Shown here in pieces: positions 1 through 12,633 of a DNA stretch of 64,000 nucleotides. Source of the DNA: Octopus sinensis (Eukaryota); contig NC_043008.1 in assembly GCF_006345805.1 (NCBI RefSeq), positions 30,752,001 to 30,816,000 on the forward strand, given 5' to 3'. The notes under the pieces were generated by a model. The model did not search any database. It was not told the origin of the DNA and saw only the letters and a list, made by a program, of their open reading frames with translations. The position numbers and the translations under genes are program-made. Every line of letters begins with the position of its first letter. The stretch's first letter is position 1.

Positions 1-129
1 GTAGGTTTGGTGTTGTTGGTGTATTTGGTATTGATGCAGCAAAGTTAGAGAAGTGTAACTAATTTTAACATTATTTCGGTTGAGCGCTGTATAGTATCTG
101 CATTGATGAGGGTAGAGTTTATATTTATT

Positions 130-330
130 TTTATCTTTTATCTCTTACATGTGTTACTAATTAGATTGCTGCCATACTGGGACATCCTTTGAAGGGTATT
201 GTTGAGCAAATCGCCATCGCTAATTACGTATTAAGCCTAGTAATTATTCTATCGACAACTTTTCGCCGAGCTGCTAAGTCATGCGGAGGTAAACAAACCA
301 GCATCCGTTGACAAGTGGTGGGGAGGTCAA
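130..330 (-). mobile_element. Degenerate 3' module of the composite SINE-like repeat (cf. 23670-24108, 55624-56040)
   Basis: By-eye similarity to the 3' half of the composite element (gccatactggga..., aagcctagta.ttattctatcg, gctaagt...gtaaacaaaccagcatc.gttgacaag). Confidence 0.5.
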
Positions 331-364
331 GCGCAAACACATTCTCTCGAGTTGCCCAAAACCA

Positions 365-775
365 AAATAAGTTGTGGCAACACGACGAGTTAGAGAAAAT
401 GATACATTGGAAACAGTGAAAAGAGGACGCGAAAGAGAAGCAGGTGGAGGCTAAAGAGTCAAGTGGAGTCGTAGATCTGAAAAATCTAGTGGAATTTTCC
501 TATCTAAACGAGCCAGGTGCTTCAGCACAACAAAGTTGACCTAGTGGTGGCAGACAAGGTGAACTTCATGCCCTCTAGAACTGGTGATGCGTGCCCCTTT
601 GACCTGCAAATAGTCAAGAAGGAATGCAAAAAACATAGACATGTTTTAAATAGGAGATAGTTTGAGTGCGGAAAATGAAAAAAGGTGAAAACAGTGCCAA
701 TTATTGCTGGGAAAAATATCACAAGGAATATAAAGGAAATCGAAAAAGAGTACCCAGTAGAAGCGTTACAAAAGG
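365..775 (+). mobile_element. Heavily decayed RLE-domain fragment of an R4/Dong-type non-LTR element
   Basis: Broken frames read HDELEKMIHWK ... HNKVDLVVADK ... DACPFD ... KKE ... KVKTVPII, matching the RHD..IHW / PD / DxxxP / VPII motif order of RLE C-termini elsewhere in the window. Confidence 0.55.
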
Positions 776-2130
776 TTTGCCTCGGGTGAGGTTATGAAGC
801 AGGTAGATGAGAAGGGCTATAAGTACTTGGGGATTTTGGAAATGGATAAATTGATAGAGAAGAAATGACAGAAAAATTTAAGGTGGAGAACTTGCGCAGA
901 TTGAGATTGATCCTTAAGTCGAAATTAAATGGATGGAATAAGATCGAAGCTATCAACACCTGCGCCGTTTCACTCCATAGCAGGGGTAATCGCATGGATG
1001 GTAGACGAACTAAACAGCTTAGACAGAAAGACAAGGAAGTTACTAACTAGATATGGGTCACTCCACCCAAAAACTGACACAGACTGACTGTATGTAACAA
1101 GAAAAAGTGGGGGATGAGGATTATTGGATGCGAACGCAACATTAGAGCAGAAGAAAACAACATAGCATGGTATGTAAAAAATGCCACAGAACTGCTATTA
1201 TTAGAGGTAAGAAGGTCAGGCTTGTGTAGGATGAAAGATTGCAAAGATAAAGCACTATACAAGAAATTGAAAACGAATGCAGCTGAAAATAGGATGGGTA
1301 AAGAAAAGAATGCATGGTCAATTTCATAGGGATGCTGAAGATAAGACAAAGAAGAAAGATGGCTGTGGATGACTAAAAGTGATTTAAAACCGGAAACGGT
1401 AGCTCTAATCTGTGCTGCCCAAGAGCAAGTACTAAGAATAAACTACATAAAATACAGAATAAACAACACAGCAGAAAGTGGAAAGGGCAGAATCTGTGGA
1501 CAAAACGGTGGAAATATATGGCATATTACCAACCAATGTATGCCACTAGCTCAGAAGGAATATAAGAGACGCCACAACAATATAGCCAGGCTTGTCCATT
1601 GGACACTTTGCAACAAGTATGGACTTGACAGAGCAAAAATTGGTACGACCACAAACCTGAAGACATCGTCGAAAATAGAAATGCAAAGATCCAATGGAAT
1701 TTTATGATTCTGTGCGACCATAAGATCGAGAATAAGAAGCTGGACATAGTCTTAATTAAGAAAGAAAACAAACTATGCTGGATCGCAGATATAGCACGCC
1801 CAGCTGACAAGGTATGCGATAAGGAAGACAGAAAAGTCGAGAGTTATGACAGTTTAGCTTGGGAAGTTAAGCAGTTGTGGTCAATGAAAAAGGTAGCAGT
1901 AGTACCAATAATTGTAGGGGCCTGAGAACAGTGATCAAAAATCTTGATAAGTACGTGGAACAAATAGGGGCTGCAATAAGAGTGGAGAATTTGCAGAAAA
2001 CAGCACTGCTTGGAACCGCTCGAATACTCCGGAAGGTGCTCGAATAGTAAGAGGTGTTACCTTAGTTCACTAGTAGTGAACAGCTGACACTGTACTACAT
2101 CTCCAGCGTTAGAAGCTGTGCAAAGGCAAC
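776..2130 (+). mobile_element. 5'-truncated R4/Dong-type RLE retrotransposon, family A copy 1
   Basis: GYKYLGILE / LRRLRLILKSKLNGWNKIEAIN (RT thumb); LKPETVALICAAQEQ; zinc-knuckle relic; LDIVLIKK..WIADIA (RLE); LQKTALLGTARILRKVLE stop at 2047-2049; ~80-bp 3' UTR then (AAT)n tail; frameshifted. Confidence 0.9.
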
Positions 2131-2133
2131 AAC

Positions 2134-2168
<35 letters not shown>

Positions 2169-2246
2169 TAACAATAACAACAGCAACAACAACAACGACG
2201 ACAACAGCAGCAACAATAAAAACAACAGCAACAGCAGCAACAACAA

Positions 2247-2284
<38 letters not shown>

Positions 2285-2403
2285 ACAACAACAGCAGCAG
2301 CAGCAACAACAACAACAACAACAGCAACAACAACAGCAGCAGCAGCAGCAGTAGCAACAACAACAAAAACAACAATAACAATAATAATAATGATAACAAT
2401 AAC

Positions 2404-2444
<41 letters not shown>

Positions 2445-2506
2445 TGATGATGATGATGACGACGACGACGACGACGACGATGATGATGATGATGGTGATG
2501 ATGATG
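2131..2506. repeat. Compound trinucleotide microsatellite AAT/AAC/AGC/GAT/GAC
   Basis: Directly visible; serves as the tail of family A copy 1 and the 5' flank of family C. Confidence 0.95.
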
Positions 2507-2509
2507 CAG

Positions 2510-3786
2510 TGCTCACTTTGAAACGGGGGAAAGAGCAGAATGTAGGGGAACAGAAATGCCAAATGAATAGCGAATGGAAAACCCGGATTATGACGGGTAC
2601 AAGCACCTTGGGATCCTGGAGCTGGACAATATCTTGCACAGAGAAATGAAAGATATGGTCATCACTGCTTCTCTTGATGTCAAAACTCAACACAAGGAAC
2701 TTAGTGACTGCCATCCACATATGGGCTGTTGCTATAGTCCGCTATAGTGCCTCTGTCCTGAAATGGACACAAACGGAGATTAACAAGCTCGATTGCACTA
2801 CCCGAAAAACAATGACAATATATGGTGCCCTCAACCCTAAGGTGAACATACACAGGTTCTACATGAAGAGAGGTAAAGATGGACGGAAGTGCATCAACAG
2901 TGAAAGGAGAAACATGACAGAGTATTTAGTAAATGACAAAGAAGGCTTTGCTTCAGTATACTGCTAATGCAGAAAGATTTAACAAAAATGAACTTGAGGG
3001 TGCTCATGAATTCCGATCAAGAACAGCCAATGAGAGAGAAGGAACTTTACTTCGCGTGGACTTGCATGGTCGGTTCCACCGTGAAACTACCAACTTAAAA
3101 AAACTAGATGCTGGCCTAAGAAAAAACAAACTGAAAGCCTAATCATCGCTGCCCAGGATCAGGCATTGAGTACCAACTCAATGAAAAGGGATATATACCA
3201 CACAAGAGCAAAAAGCCTCTGCAGAATGTGTAGGAAGAGGGTCGAAAGTGTGACTCAGATTGTTAATGCTTGTGAAAGTCTTGCGCAGAAAGGGTACAAG
3301 CACAGACCCGACAAAGTAGCCCCAAAACTTCACTGGCTACTATGCCGGAAGCATGGATACGAGGTAACTGGTGCTTGGTACCAACATACAGCGGAAAAGG
3401 TAATGCACGAAAAAGGGAAGGCAAAAATCCTCAGGGACTTTGACTTCCAGAGACACAAAGTCTTAGAGCAGCGAAGGCCGGATATTGTAACCTTTAGGAG
3501 GGACAAACAAGAATGCCTAATAATCCACATAATAGTGCCAAGAGATCAGCATATTATCATGAAAGAGAAAAGAGTGACAAATATGGTGACCTGAGAATTA
3601 AGATCGCCAAGACGTGGAAGCTACGAGAGTTCAACATAAAGTTTATCCCTGTTGTCATCTGAGCTTGGGTTCAATATTACCCCTACTGAAGAACATCTGG
3701 AAACTTTGGAAATACTCTGCAATCTAGGTGTATTGCAAAAATCGGCATTACTTGGAACCGAACGCTTATTACGTAAAGTACTGTAA
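2510..3786 (+). mobile_element. 5'-truncated R4/Dong-type RLE retrotransposon, family C
   Basis: GYKHLGILELD, SKLNTRNLVTAIHIWAV, CRMCRKRVESVTQIVNAC (CCHC relic), RRPDIV (RLE), LQKSALLGTERLLRKVL stop at 3784-3786. Confidence 0.85.
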
Positions 3787-3789
3787 TGG

Positions 3790-4830
3790 TGTTGGTTTTG
3801 TTGGTGTTGCTTATTGTGGAGCTGTTTGCGTGGGTAGTGTCTGTATTTTTTATTGTGGATGTGGTCATGCTTTGTAGAATTATTCTTTTCAATTTTTTTT
3901 TGTTTTTGTTTTTTGAGGGTGGGGCCTTTTGATGTTCCTTCATCTTCACTACTGGAAGATGAGGGATCAATGGCTGTAAGTGTGTTTGTGCGTTTGTTTA
4001 TGTTTTTGCTTATGTGTGTATTATTGCAGGAGTGGGAGTGCTTTCCTCGTTTCCCCTAGGATGGTCAATGATTTGGTGGTGTTTCATTTCTTATTGCCGA
4101 TGGTTTTGCCGCTGCTGGTGTTAGTTGTAGTCCTAGCAGCAGTGTAAGCAGCAGTGGGGACCTTCGACTCCTTGCACTTTGTATCAGTTGAGGTCAGAAG
4201 GCTCGCAAATGGGTTGTTTCTCTACAAACGAAATTATGTGGCCTTTTGCCCGCAGTCATTATGTGTATCACCGTCCCATTTTAGAGGTGGATGTGGTCCG
4301 GGATTCTTTAATACGTCTTCTGGCCTTGTCTGGAGAAGTATCTCCAGGTCAACTCCGGTCAGTCCTCCCTGGCGGGTTTTGTCACATCCATCGAGACACT
4401 ATCTGATCCTTGCTTGATTACGCATCCCAGAAGCCACCACATATCAAGTCCTGGGGCAATCCTGGAAATGCGGACATGGCCGTCCTTTTTCCCATATGAG
4501 AGGAGTACATAATGAACTTGCTGGTTTTGTAAGGGATCATTGATTGCATCATATCGAGGGCTTCTGACATAAAAAGCACCGAAATGGTGCCGTATTATCT
4601 GCCCCTCTACATGTAATTGATGTAATAACTGATACATCTCAGCGCAGCTTCAGTATCTGCTTGTGCTATTAAAGCTGCTTCATTTGTCTTTGCTGAAATG
4701 CATCTGAAATGTACCGTTCTTCTCTCCACTTCTTCGATAGCCTCTGTTGATACAGTTAGGCTGGCCCGGGTTTGTTCGTGTTAGATCAGTTTCCCAGCCT
4801 GGGCCAACTTTTCATCTTTGTTTGTGATGT
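3790..4830 (-). mobile_element. Probable L1/Tx1-type ORF1 (gag-like) remnant
   Basis: Minus-strand frames give TVHFRCISAKTN..., YGKKDGHVRISRIAPGLDMWWLL..., and a decayed zinc knuckle RPH(N)FVCRETTHLRAF(*)P at ~4190-4250 (CX2CX4HX4C with both outer Cys mutated). Confidence 0.45.
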
Positions 4831-4879
4831 CTAAGTTGAATCGTGGTCTCATTTTGGCTGCTACCGCTGCGAAAGTGTT

Positions 4880-5256
4880 CTTGTTGCTGTTAGTAATATT
4901 GGTATCGTTGTTGTTGTTGTTGTTGCTGTTGTTGTTCTTGTTGCTGCTGCTCTTGTTGTTGGTGGTGGTGTTGCTGACGTTGGTGCTGTTGGTGTTGTTG
5001 ATATATTTGCTATCGTTGTTGTTGCTGTTCTCATCGCTGCTGCTGCTGCTGCCGTTGTTGTCTCTCGTATTGTTATGTTGCTACCACTACTGCTGCTGCT
5101 GCTGCTGGCACTGGTGGTAGCGATGGAGATGGTAGTGTTTCCGTTTGTGTTATAGGTGTTTGTACTTTCTTCTCTTGTTTCTACGGTGGTAAAGAGGAGG
5201 AAACAAACAAGGGAAATTCATTTTCCTACGTTTCACGTGCGCTATTGTTGTTCTTG

Positions 5257-5298
<42 letters not shown>

Positions 5299-5320
5299 CT
5301 TCTACTACAGCAACCACTGA
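4880..5320. repeat. (GTT/GCT)n compound microsatellites
   Basis: Directly visible; source of the poly-Leu ORF artefacts. Confidence 0.9.
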
Positions 5321-7654
5321 CTTGTTCAACTTGGCTGTTCTGTTTGCAAATCAGTTAGATCTTTTGTCGGCTTGCCGTCTGCTAAACCAAGTACTGTAAG
5401 AGCGTAGTCCCTGGAATTGGCCTTTTCCTTACAGGTGCTGCAATACTAGCCTTCTTTTGGGGTACAGTTTTTAAAGAAGCGTTTCCTTCTTTTTAACTTT
5501 TGCAAATGCGCTTAATAGTCTGCAACTCCCGTTCATTGTTAGTTTCGTCATCATATGAATATGATATAAATTATGGACTGAGATGGGATTTCTTTGAGTC
5601 GGCTTCTGGAACACAGAACGGAACGATTTTCTTCACCATCGTCAGAGATGTATTATGTGATGCATATCACGGCATCCCGGAATCAACTCCTTAGTTCTTT
5701 TCTTGTTTTCACCTGACTCAGCAGCTGACTGAAGTTTTCTTTCTTCTTTGCTTTTCTAGCAATAGTAATAGCTGGTCATCTACCTAGCAACTTTAGTTAG
5801 CTTGCTTTTCTTTCCGCGCCAACAAGAGGACACAGCTCTGGAATAGCTGTATTGTCTTTGAGTTACCTGTCCATACACACATCAGCCGACACAAAATATC
5901 ATTTTTAGTCACTTTTGTGCGCACCATTTTCTTGTACAGTTTCATAAAGAGTATGACGATTCTATGTCCTCACCAATGTCCTTCACCTTGTCCGAAGTAT
6001 TGTGGCACAAGCGTATGGACAGATGACTGATACTCAATTTGCTTTTTCCTTTCTTGCTTCATCCTCAGTTTTAGAATCCATCTACGTAGTTCTATAATCT
6101 CTACTCCGACCATCTGTCGGCCAGTTGTCACTTTGGGGACATAAGAAAATCCTTTGTCTTTTCGAGATACAAAGATATGTGTCCTCCTTCCTTGCACCCT
6201 CTTGCTACCTTTCGGGTAGAAAATTCTCCTTGGTCTTTCAAGAATATATTTTTTCTCAGCTAAGAATACATTTGAACACCAGTTTATTATTTAAAAATGC
6301 TTGGGATAAAGTTTTTGATAAACTGTTGTACTGTTCAAAACAACACTTTTACCAATTTAAATTTAATTTATTTTCTTAGTTTAGCAAAATGTGTACTTGT
6401 GTATATGTTGTTTTTATTATTAAAGTTATGGAGGAGGTTATATTTGTTTTTTTGAGAAAAATTTTCGTTCTCGTGCATCATGTTCTCTCGAAACAAACTA
6501 AATTAGTTACTCGATAAAAAGGGTGATATAAGTGTCAGGCTGAAATAAGTACGGGTGTTAATATGACAAATTAAATATTGTTTGAATGGGCATCTTAGCA
6601 TGACTCCAGTTCAATGACAGAAACTAGCAAAAGGATAATAGGATTGAGCAAGTAAGGCTCTAATAAAGATGACTTCTTTAAGGTTTTTTATCTTAGAATT
6701 TTCGGTGAAGACACCGATGGGCTATTACAGATGGGTTTCAAAACGGTAACAAGACTAGCCATGGAATTGTGACTTTTAAAATGGGTTCTTTAGTAGCTGA
6801 TGAATAACATTGAAATGAAACAATTAATTTAAACGAGAATCAATTAATCAAGTTTTACCAACACCCAACAACTTGCTCGCTTATGACCCCTGGATTTCAG
6901 ACTGGTGCAAAGGTCGTTCAGCTTAATCTGTCAAAATATTTGATATCCAAGGCAATGATACATGATTTCTGAACTATGTCCAGTTAAATGAGAAAGGGTC
7001 ATAAGAATTTCTAATATAATTAATCTGTTGCCCGGTTCAGCAGCACTTCTCTTTCCTTAGGTGCCAGGCCACCGATCTATGATTGACTTCTGCGCACCTT
7101 ACTTGGAGCAGGCACCTTCATTCCTCTTCGGATTAGACAATAAAAACAAATGATTAAAATTTGTTTCGAAGTCGAATAACCCGCTCAAAATTAGTTGATT
7201 TCCACTATTTTACAACAGATTGCGCAGCACTAATTTAGATATCAATAACTTCATTACATTACCGGTGTTGTTGAGAAATGCTATAGGTCAATATTTGGCA
7301 GAAAATATTGACCAATATTTTTTCTTACTTATCTATACTCAATCTAACGCTTAGGGATGAAGGAAATGTTGGGAGTACTACCTAAATCTTCACTTTAAGG
7401 GAATAATATCTGAAAACGATCACGAAGGGAAATCTGTCTGGGTATTTTTCCCTTGAATTATCTTCATATCATTTGTTTGAAGAGTACGCTGTTAATATCT
7501 GATATTTTGCGGAAGATCATTAGTGATTAGTTTAAGGGAGAACATTTTTTCATATTGTCTGCCCTTATATTTCAAATGATATGAAATTAGCATTATATAT
7601 ATTGGTTGTTACAAAAAGTTTCTCTGGAATTTTACAACTATTATCTTTAAAATG

Positions 7655-7768
7655 GATATGTGTGTGCGCGTGTGTACGTGTGCGTGCGCGCGTGTGTGTG
7701 TACATACATGCATGCCTACATACATACATACATACATGCATGTATGCATACATACATACATACATACA

Positions 7769-7804
<36 letters not shown>

Positions 7805-7805
7805 T
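7655..7805. repeat. (TG)n/(CATA)n microsatellite
   Basis: Directly visible. Confidence 0.95.
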
Positions 7806-9299
7806 GAACGTGTTGCTAGTAGCACAATACGGTATTATAAAGTATTAAGCTTAAGAACATGTAAATGGGAGGACAAACTTAAAATGGTCATTTTAATATA
7901 TAACTTTTCAGCTTCACAATTCAGGCAGCATTATTGATAGACAATGCACAACAGTTTCTCGCAGATTCACTCAGCAATTTGAACAAGGAGCAATTGCAAC
8001 ACACTACATTATAAACAAATCTAGACAGGAAAACATTAACAGATAATACTTCCATACTTTATCATATTCCCCATAGAATTATACGATTGATTGAGAAATA
8101 GATCATTATGGGAGCAATAATTTTATCGCGTCATAAGATTTCTATAGATATACAACTTACACACGTCACCATTTCAAATGCGATAACGTATATTATAATA
8201 AAGGAGAATAGAGTATGTAATACCTAATACATAAGAATGGAACAGTAAAAAAAACATTAATATAATAACAAATAAGTAAACAGTTACATAAGTGTGCTAT
8301 ACGATGCAATACAATACAACAAATGGATGAGCCGCTGTAGCGAAATACCGTCATAATACCATAAAAGAGCATTAAGTTAGACGACCAATATACCTTTCAA
8401 TATAGTTCTGCTCGATCAGAGATAACCCAAACTAAGCTTCCATAACAATAACAGCAACATCTGCTTCTATTACATAACGATCCTTATCTCTCCACCACCT
8501 GCACCACCACAAGAATCCTCTATGTGGTCGTTCGACCTCCAAGAAACAGCAGCAAATTCTCTTCGAATCATGCATTAATATCTTCGAAAATGTAGGACTC
8601 ATTGGAAACATTAGACATGAAAATCTATGAACAATTAAAGGTCAAATCGCCGTGATCATGGGTTTCCTTCATCAGAGCTGTTCTGAGATTCAACAGCAAC
8701 AACAATAGAGAGTTCTTAATCTGCAAGATTTAGTGGTCTAAGTCCTCTCAAATACCATCTTTTTGCCAATAAAGAATAATGCATTCAATCTATAAATGTT
8801 TATCAGAATAAACTAAGTCGGAAAAAAATGATACAATTGCCTCGACTACCGTGCATGATCATATCATGCATTGAGCTTAAGAGCAACATCAAAAATATGA
8901 ATTAACACATATTATATAAGGTTACATTATATTAACTAACAGCTAGTTAGATAACATTATGCAATCTGTTACAGTATATAACGTATAATATGGCTTCCAT
9001 ATTATTAAGATATTTCTAGGTACAAAGTTAAATTAATTTCACTATATGACAAGAAATAGTGCTAAGAGCAATAAGAAAATATATAATACTAGATACCATA
9101 AAAAATATTCATGAATAAGTTGATCGAATACTTATATGTGTGTTCTATGTGTATGCGTATGTGTGTTTGCATATGATTACATAAACACATGTATACATAT
9201 ACTTACATGCATAAGGGTGCGGTGTTTTATAATTACGTTCATACATGTAGGTTATCATTAGTATGAACAAAATAAAACGTCGGATATAAAATCATTTAG

Positions 9300-9540
9300 A
9301 AAATGTGTTAGTGCATGCGTGTGCGTGTCTACGTGTGTTTCGCAATTTACATGTGAGTGTTTGTGTGTGTCTGCGCGTGCGTGCACGTGTGTGTGTGTGT
9401 TTGTGTGGTGTGTGTGTGTGTGTGTGTGTGGTGTGTGTGTGTGTGTGGTGTGTGTGTGTGTGTTTGTGTGTGTTTGTGTGTATATGTATATATCTGTGAG
9501 CGTTCGTGTGTTTGTCTATGTGTGTGTGTATGTGTGAGTG
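9300..9540. repeat. (TG)n-rich microsatellite
   Basis: Directly visible. Confidence 0.95.
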
Positions 9541-9947
9541 CATTTGAATGCCTAATGAGGAGTCTTCTTTACTGCGACTGTACTTGCTGAATAACAGCCA
9601 AATATTCCTCAAATCACATCATGTCTTCTTAGAAGTGTAAGACACTTCAGAAAATGTAACGCTACATCCGTTACTCTTGATGATAGCATGGTTAAAACCG
9701 AAACGTATTTATCTGTATGCTGAAGAAGGGATGGAAGATTTAAATATTTATGTAAAAACACGGCCTAGTTCAGTCCCACTACACGATACATTATATATAT
9801 GAATGTATATACATACATACATACAAACATATATATATATATATATATAATATATATATATATATTATATATATATATATATTATATATATATTATATAT
9901 ATATATATAAATGAAAGAATGGAGTCGAACGACGATTTAACAAAATT

Positions 9948-10039
9948 CCTTTATTCTCGACATATGTTTCGAAGACTGCATATTCCTAATTCCGAAGGAA
10001 TAAAGGTGCATTATGCCGCCTTCTCATCAGGAAAGACAA
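9948..10039 (-). ncRNA. Second hammerhead copy in the left arm (distal stem I missing)
   Basis: Reverse complement of the left arm has the same CTGATGA...GAAACATATGTC core but lacks the CTTTATT distal stem I strand. Confidence 0.65.
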
Positions 10040-10082
10040 GGAACTTATGTCAGCATCATGACGAACAAAAACTTTTAGATGA

Positions 10083-10180
10083 CTTTATTGTCTTTCCTGA
10101 TGAGAAGGCGGCATAATACACCCTTTATTCCTTCGGAATTAGGAATATGCAGTCTTCGAAACATATGTCGAGAATAAAGG
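10083..10180 (+). ncRNA. Type I hammerhead ribozyme motif (Penelope/retrozyme-type)
   Basis: CTGATGA 10097-10103; stem II GAAGGC/GTCTTC extended by GCATA/TATGC; GAAA 10158-10161; stem III AC-ATAT-GT (palindromic); GUC triplet 10167-10169; stem I TTTC/GAGA plus CTTTATT/AATAAAG across a 4-nt bulge. Confidence 0.8.
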
Positions 10181-10366
10181 AATTTTGTTAGATCGTCGTT
10201 CGACTCCATTCTTTCATTTATTTATAGTAAAAAAAACACAAATTTCCACACGAAAGCACGTGATCTCTGCCCTTGGCATGTAGCTTCAACCGTGTTTTCT
10301 GATGTGAATTTGCTACCCGGGTATCGGTTAACCGAATTATCCATGCTAGGATAATTCATTCAACTA

Positions 10367-10374
10367 CTTATATA

Positions 10375-10414
<40 letters not shown>

Positions 10415-10446
10415 CATATATATATACATACATATATATATATTAT

Positions 10447-10506
<60 letters not shown>

Positions 10507-10568
10507 CATATATATACATATATATATTATATATATATACATATATATAATATATATATATATATATT

Positions 10569-10650
<82 letters not shown>
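10367..10650. repeat. Long interrupted (TA)n tract
   Basis: Directly visible. Confidence 0.95.
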
Positions 10651-10651
<1 letters not shown>

Positions 10652-12571
10652 TATAGAGTATTAACTTGTCTGAGTGCAGAATGTTTTCAATGGTCAGTGA
10701 TGGTCTTCATCAGTCACGAGTGGACAACTTTTGTGTGTGTGTGTGTGTATGTGTGTGTGCGTGCGCATGTGTGTATGTATTTTATTATGTGTATATGCAT
10801 GTATTTACATGTATGTATGACATGGTATTTACATGTCAGTGTGTGTGTTCATTTGTGCGTTTCAGTTTGTTCCCACCTCCACTTGAGAATTGGTGTTGGT
10901 CTGCTTGCGTCCTCACAACTTACCGTTTTGGCATTAGTGGCTGATAAAATAATTACCAGAGTTAAAATACTGGGATTGATTTGTTCGACTAGGCGTACAA
11001 GATGGGACTCCGTCATATTTGCAGTTCAATGCCTGAAACAAGCAAGAGTTAAAAATTAGTATTTAAAATATAGTGGTATATAACAGGATTCATTTGACAC
11101 AGTATTCAGAGAAATATGAAATCACACTAAACAGACAAAATAGATAATGATATTACATTGTAAGATACAAGGAATTCGATAGCTGCAGGGTACATTCAAA
11201 GTGCAGTAATGAACATCTATGAAAAGGGAACGTTGTCGTGGTAATTGTTGTTGATTCTTTTGGAGGCTGTTTAGTACCAGACACGTTGTGATCGGGCCGA
11301 CCTATGATGAAAGATGTACCAGCTATTATTTAAACACAACACCGATAGAATGTTTTACTCCAAACTGATATGAAAATGGGCGTGCTAATCTCCAAGCAAC
11401 CCTTTTGATTCATAATAATTAGTCTGGAAAGATATGTCACAATTATTCAACTCGCAAAGCGATCAACTTATCATGTAAAGGATCATGATACGGAGTGATT
11501 CACTCCGGCATTGATCAACTCACTGATTAACTCATTCTTGAAATGATCGATGCATGATGTGATGGATCCCTGAAGCGATCAATACCTGATGTGGTTAATT
11601 CTCAAATTACACCAATTTACGAAGTGATCTCTTCATCCCTTATTAACTGATTGATACATAAATTGAGCAACACACAGTGACCATTTTATGAACCGATGAT
11701 TATTCATGTATCGATCAGTTCACTGATCGACATACCAACTTATAAGTTGACCAACGCATGAATAAATTCAATCCTGAATATTTCTCTTGATCATAAGATA
11801 TATGACAAAACTAATGTGAGTTCCCAGTGGAGCACTTCTACGTTTGGTTGATTTTACGGATATGTTAAGCCACATCCAAAAGAGTCATAACTCGCGGATA
11901 CATTCCTTTCTCTGGAGTCATATATGTTTGCCTTTTCTGCCACTATTATTCTGACTTTCGTTTCTCGAAACTGACTGGTATCATACCATGTCTATTCAGG
12001 GACTCCAGAGGGATAAACTTTTCCACTTGACGTCACCAATATTGTGTTCATTTCACGTTTTCCACCCACCCCCTAAGCGCTGCACTTAACCCTTTCTTGA
12101 AAGACTGATGGCCCGTTTTTCTGGAATTCTCTCGCTGTCCACAATTTTGCAATATTACCACTTTGTAACGTCGTTCTCATCTATTCCAAAGAGTCCGCGA
12201 AAGTCATGGATAGCGCTCTTTCTTAGAACCAAAGGACGAAAAAATTTGTAAAGCGAAATTATTTTACATCAAATGCAGTCAAGTAACTCCAAAGATGCGA
12301 AAAATTGTCTCATCAAATCATTTTGGTTATGTCGGAAGATAATTATATATTGATTTGGAGGGGCAACTCCCATGAAAATTTATATTGCATTCAAGACTGG
12401 TGGAAGGAGATGGAGAAAGCTTTTTGCAAACTAAAGACCTGCCCGGCCAGGTGTTAGTGATAAACAGAATAAGGGTTGAGTTTACTACCTAAACTTAGGG
12501 ATGGTTTTTCCGACGAGCTTTCATGTCAAATTGCACTTAGAAATTTTGGTCAAACTGCTAATTGCAATGTA

Positions 12572-12633
<62 letters not shown>

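Larger units (their letters stand above)
9908..10220. repeat. Long inverted repeat: arms 9908-10039 and 10088-10220, 48-bp spacer
   Basis: Manual alignment of the arms shows only 2 substitutions and a 1-bp indel over ~132 bp; left flank is a (TA)n tract. Confidence 0.95.

Noticed and set aside
6700-7480. Possible very old CR1/L2-like RT debris (also 11880-12960)
   Set aside because: No RT motif could be read with confidence
9676-9715. TTGATGA...CGAAACGTA hammerhead-like string
   Set aside because: C3 missing, no stem I, and stem II not closed properly
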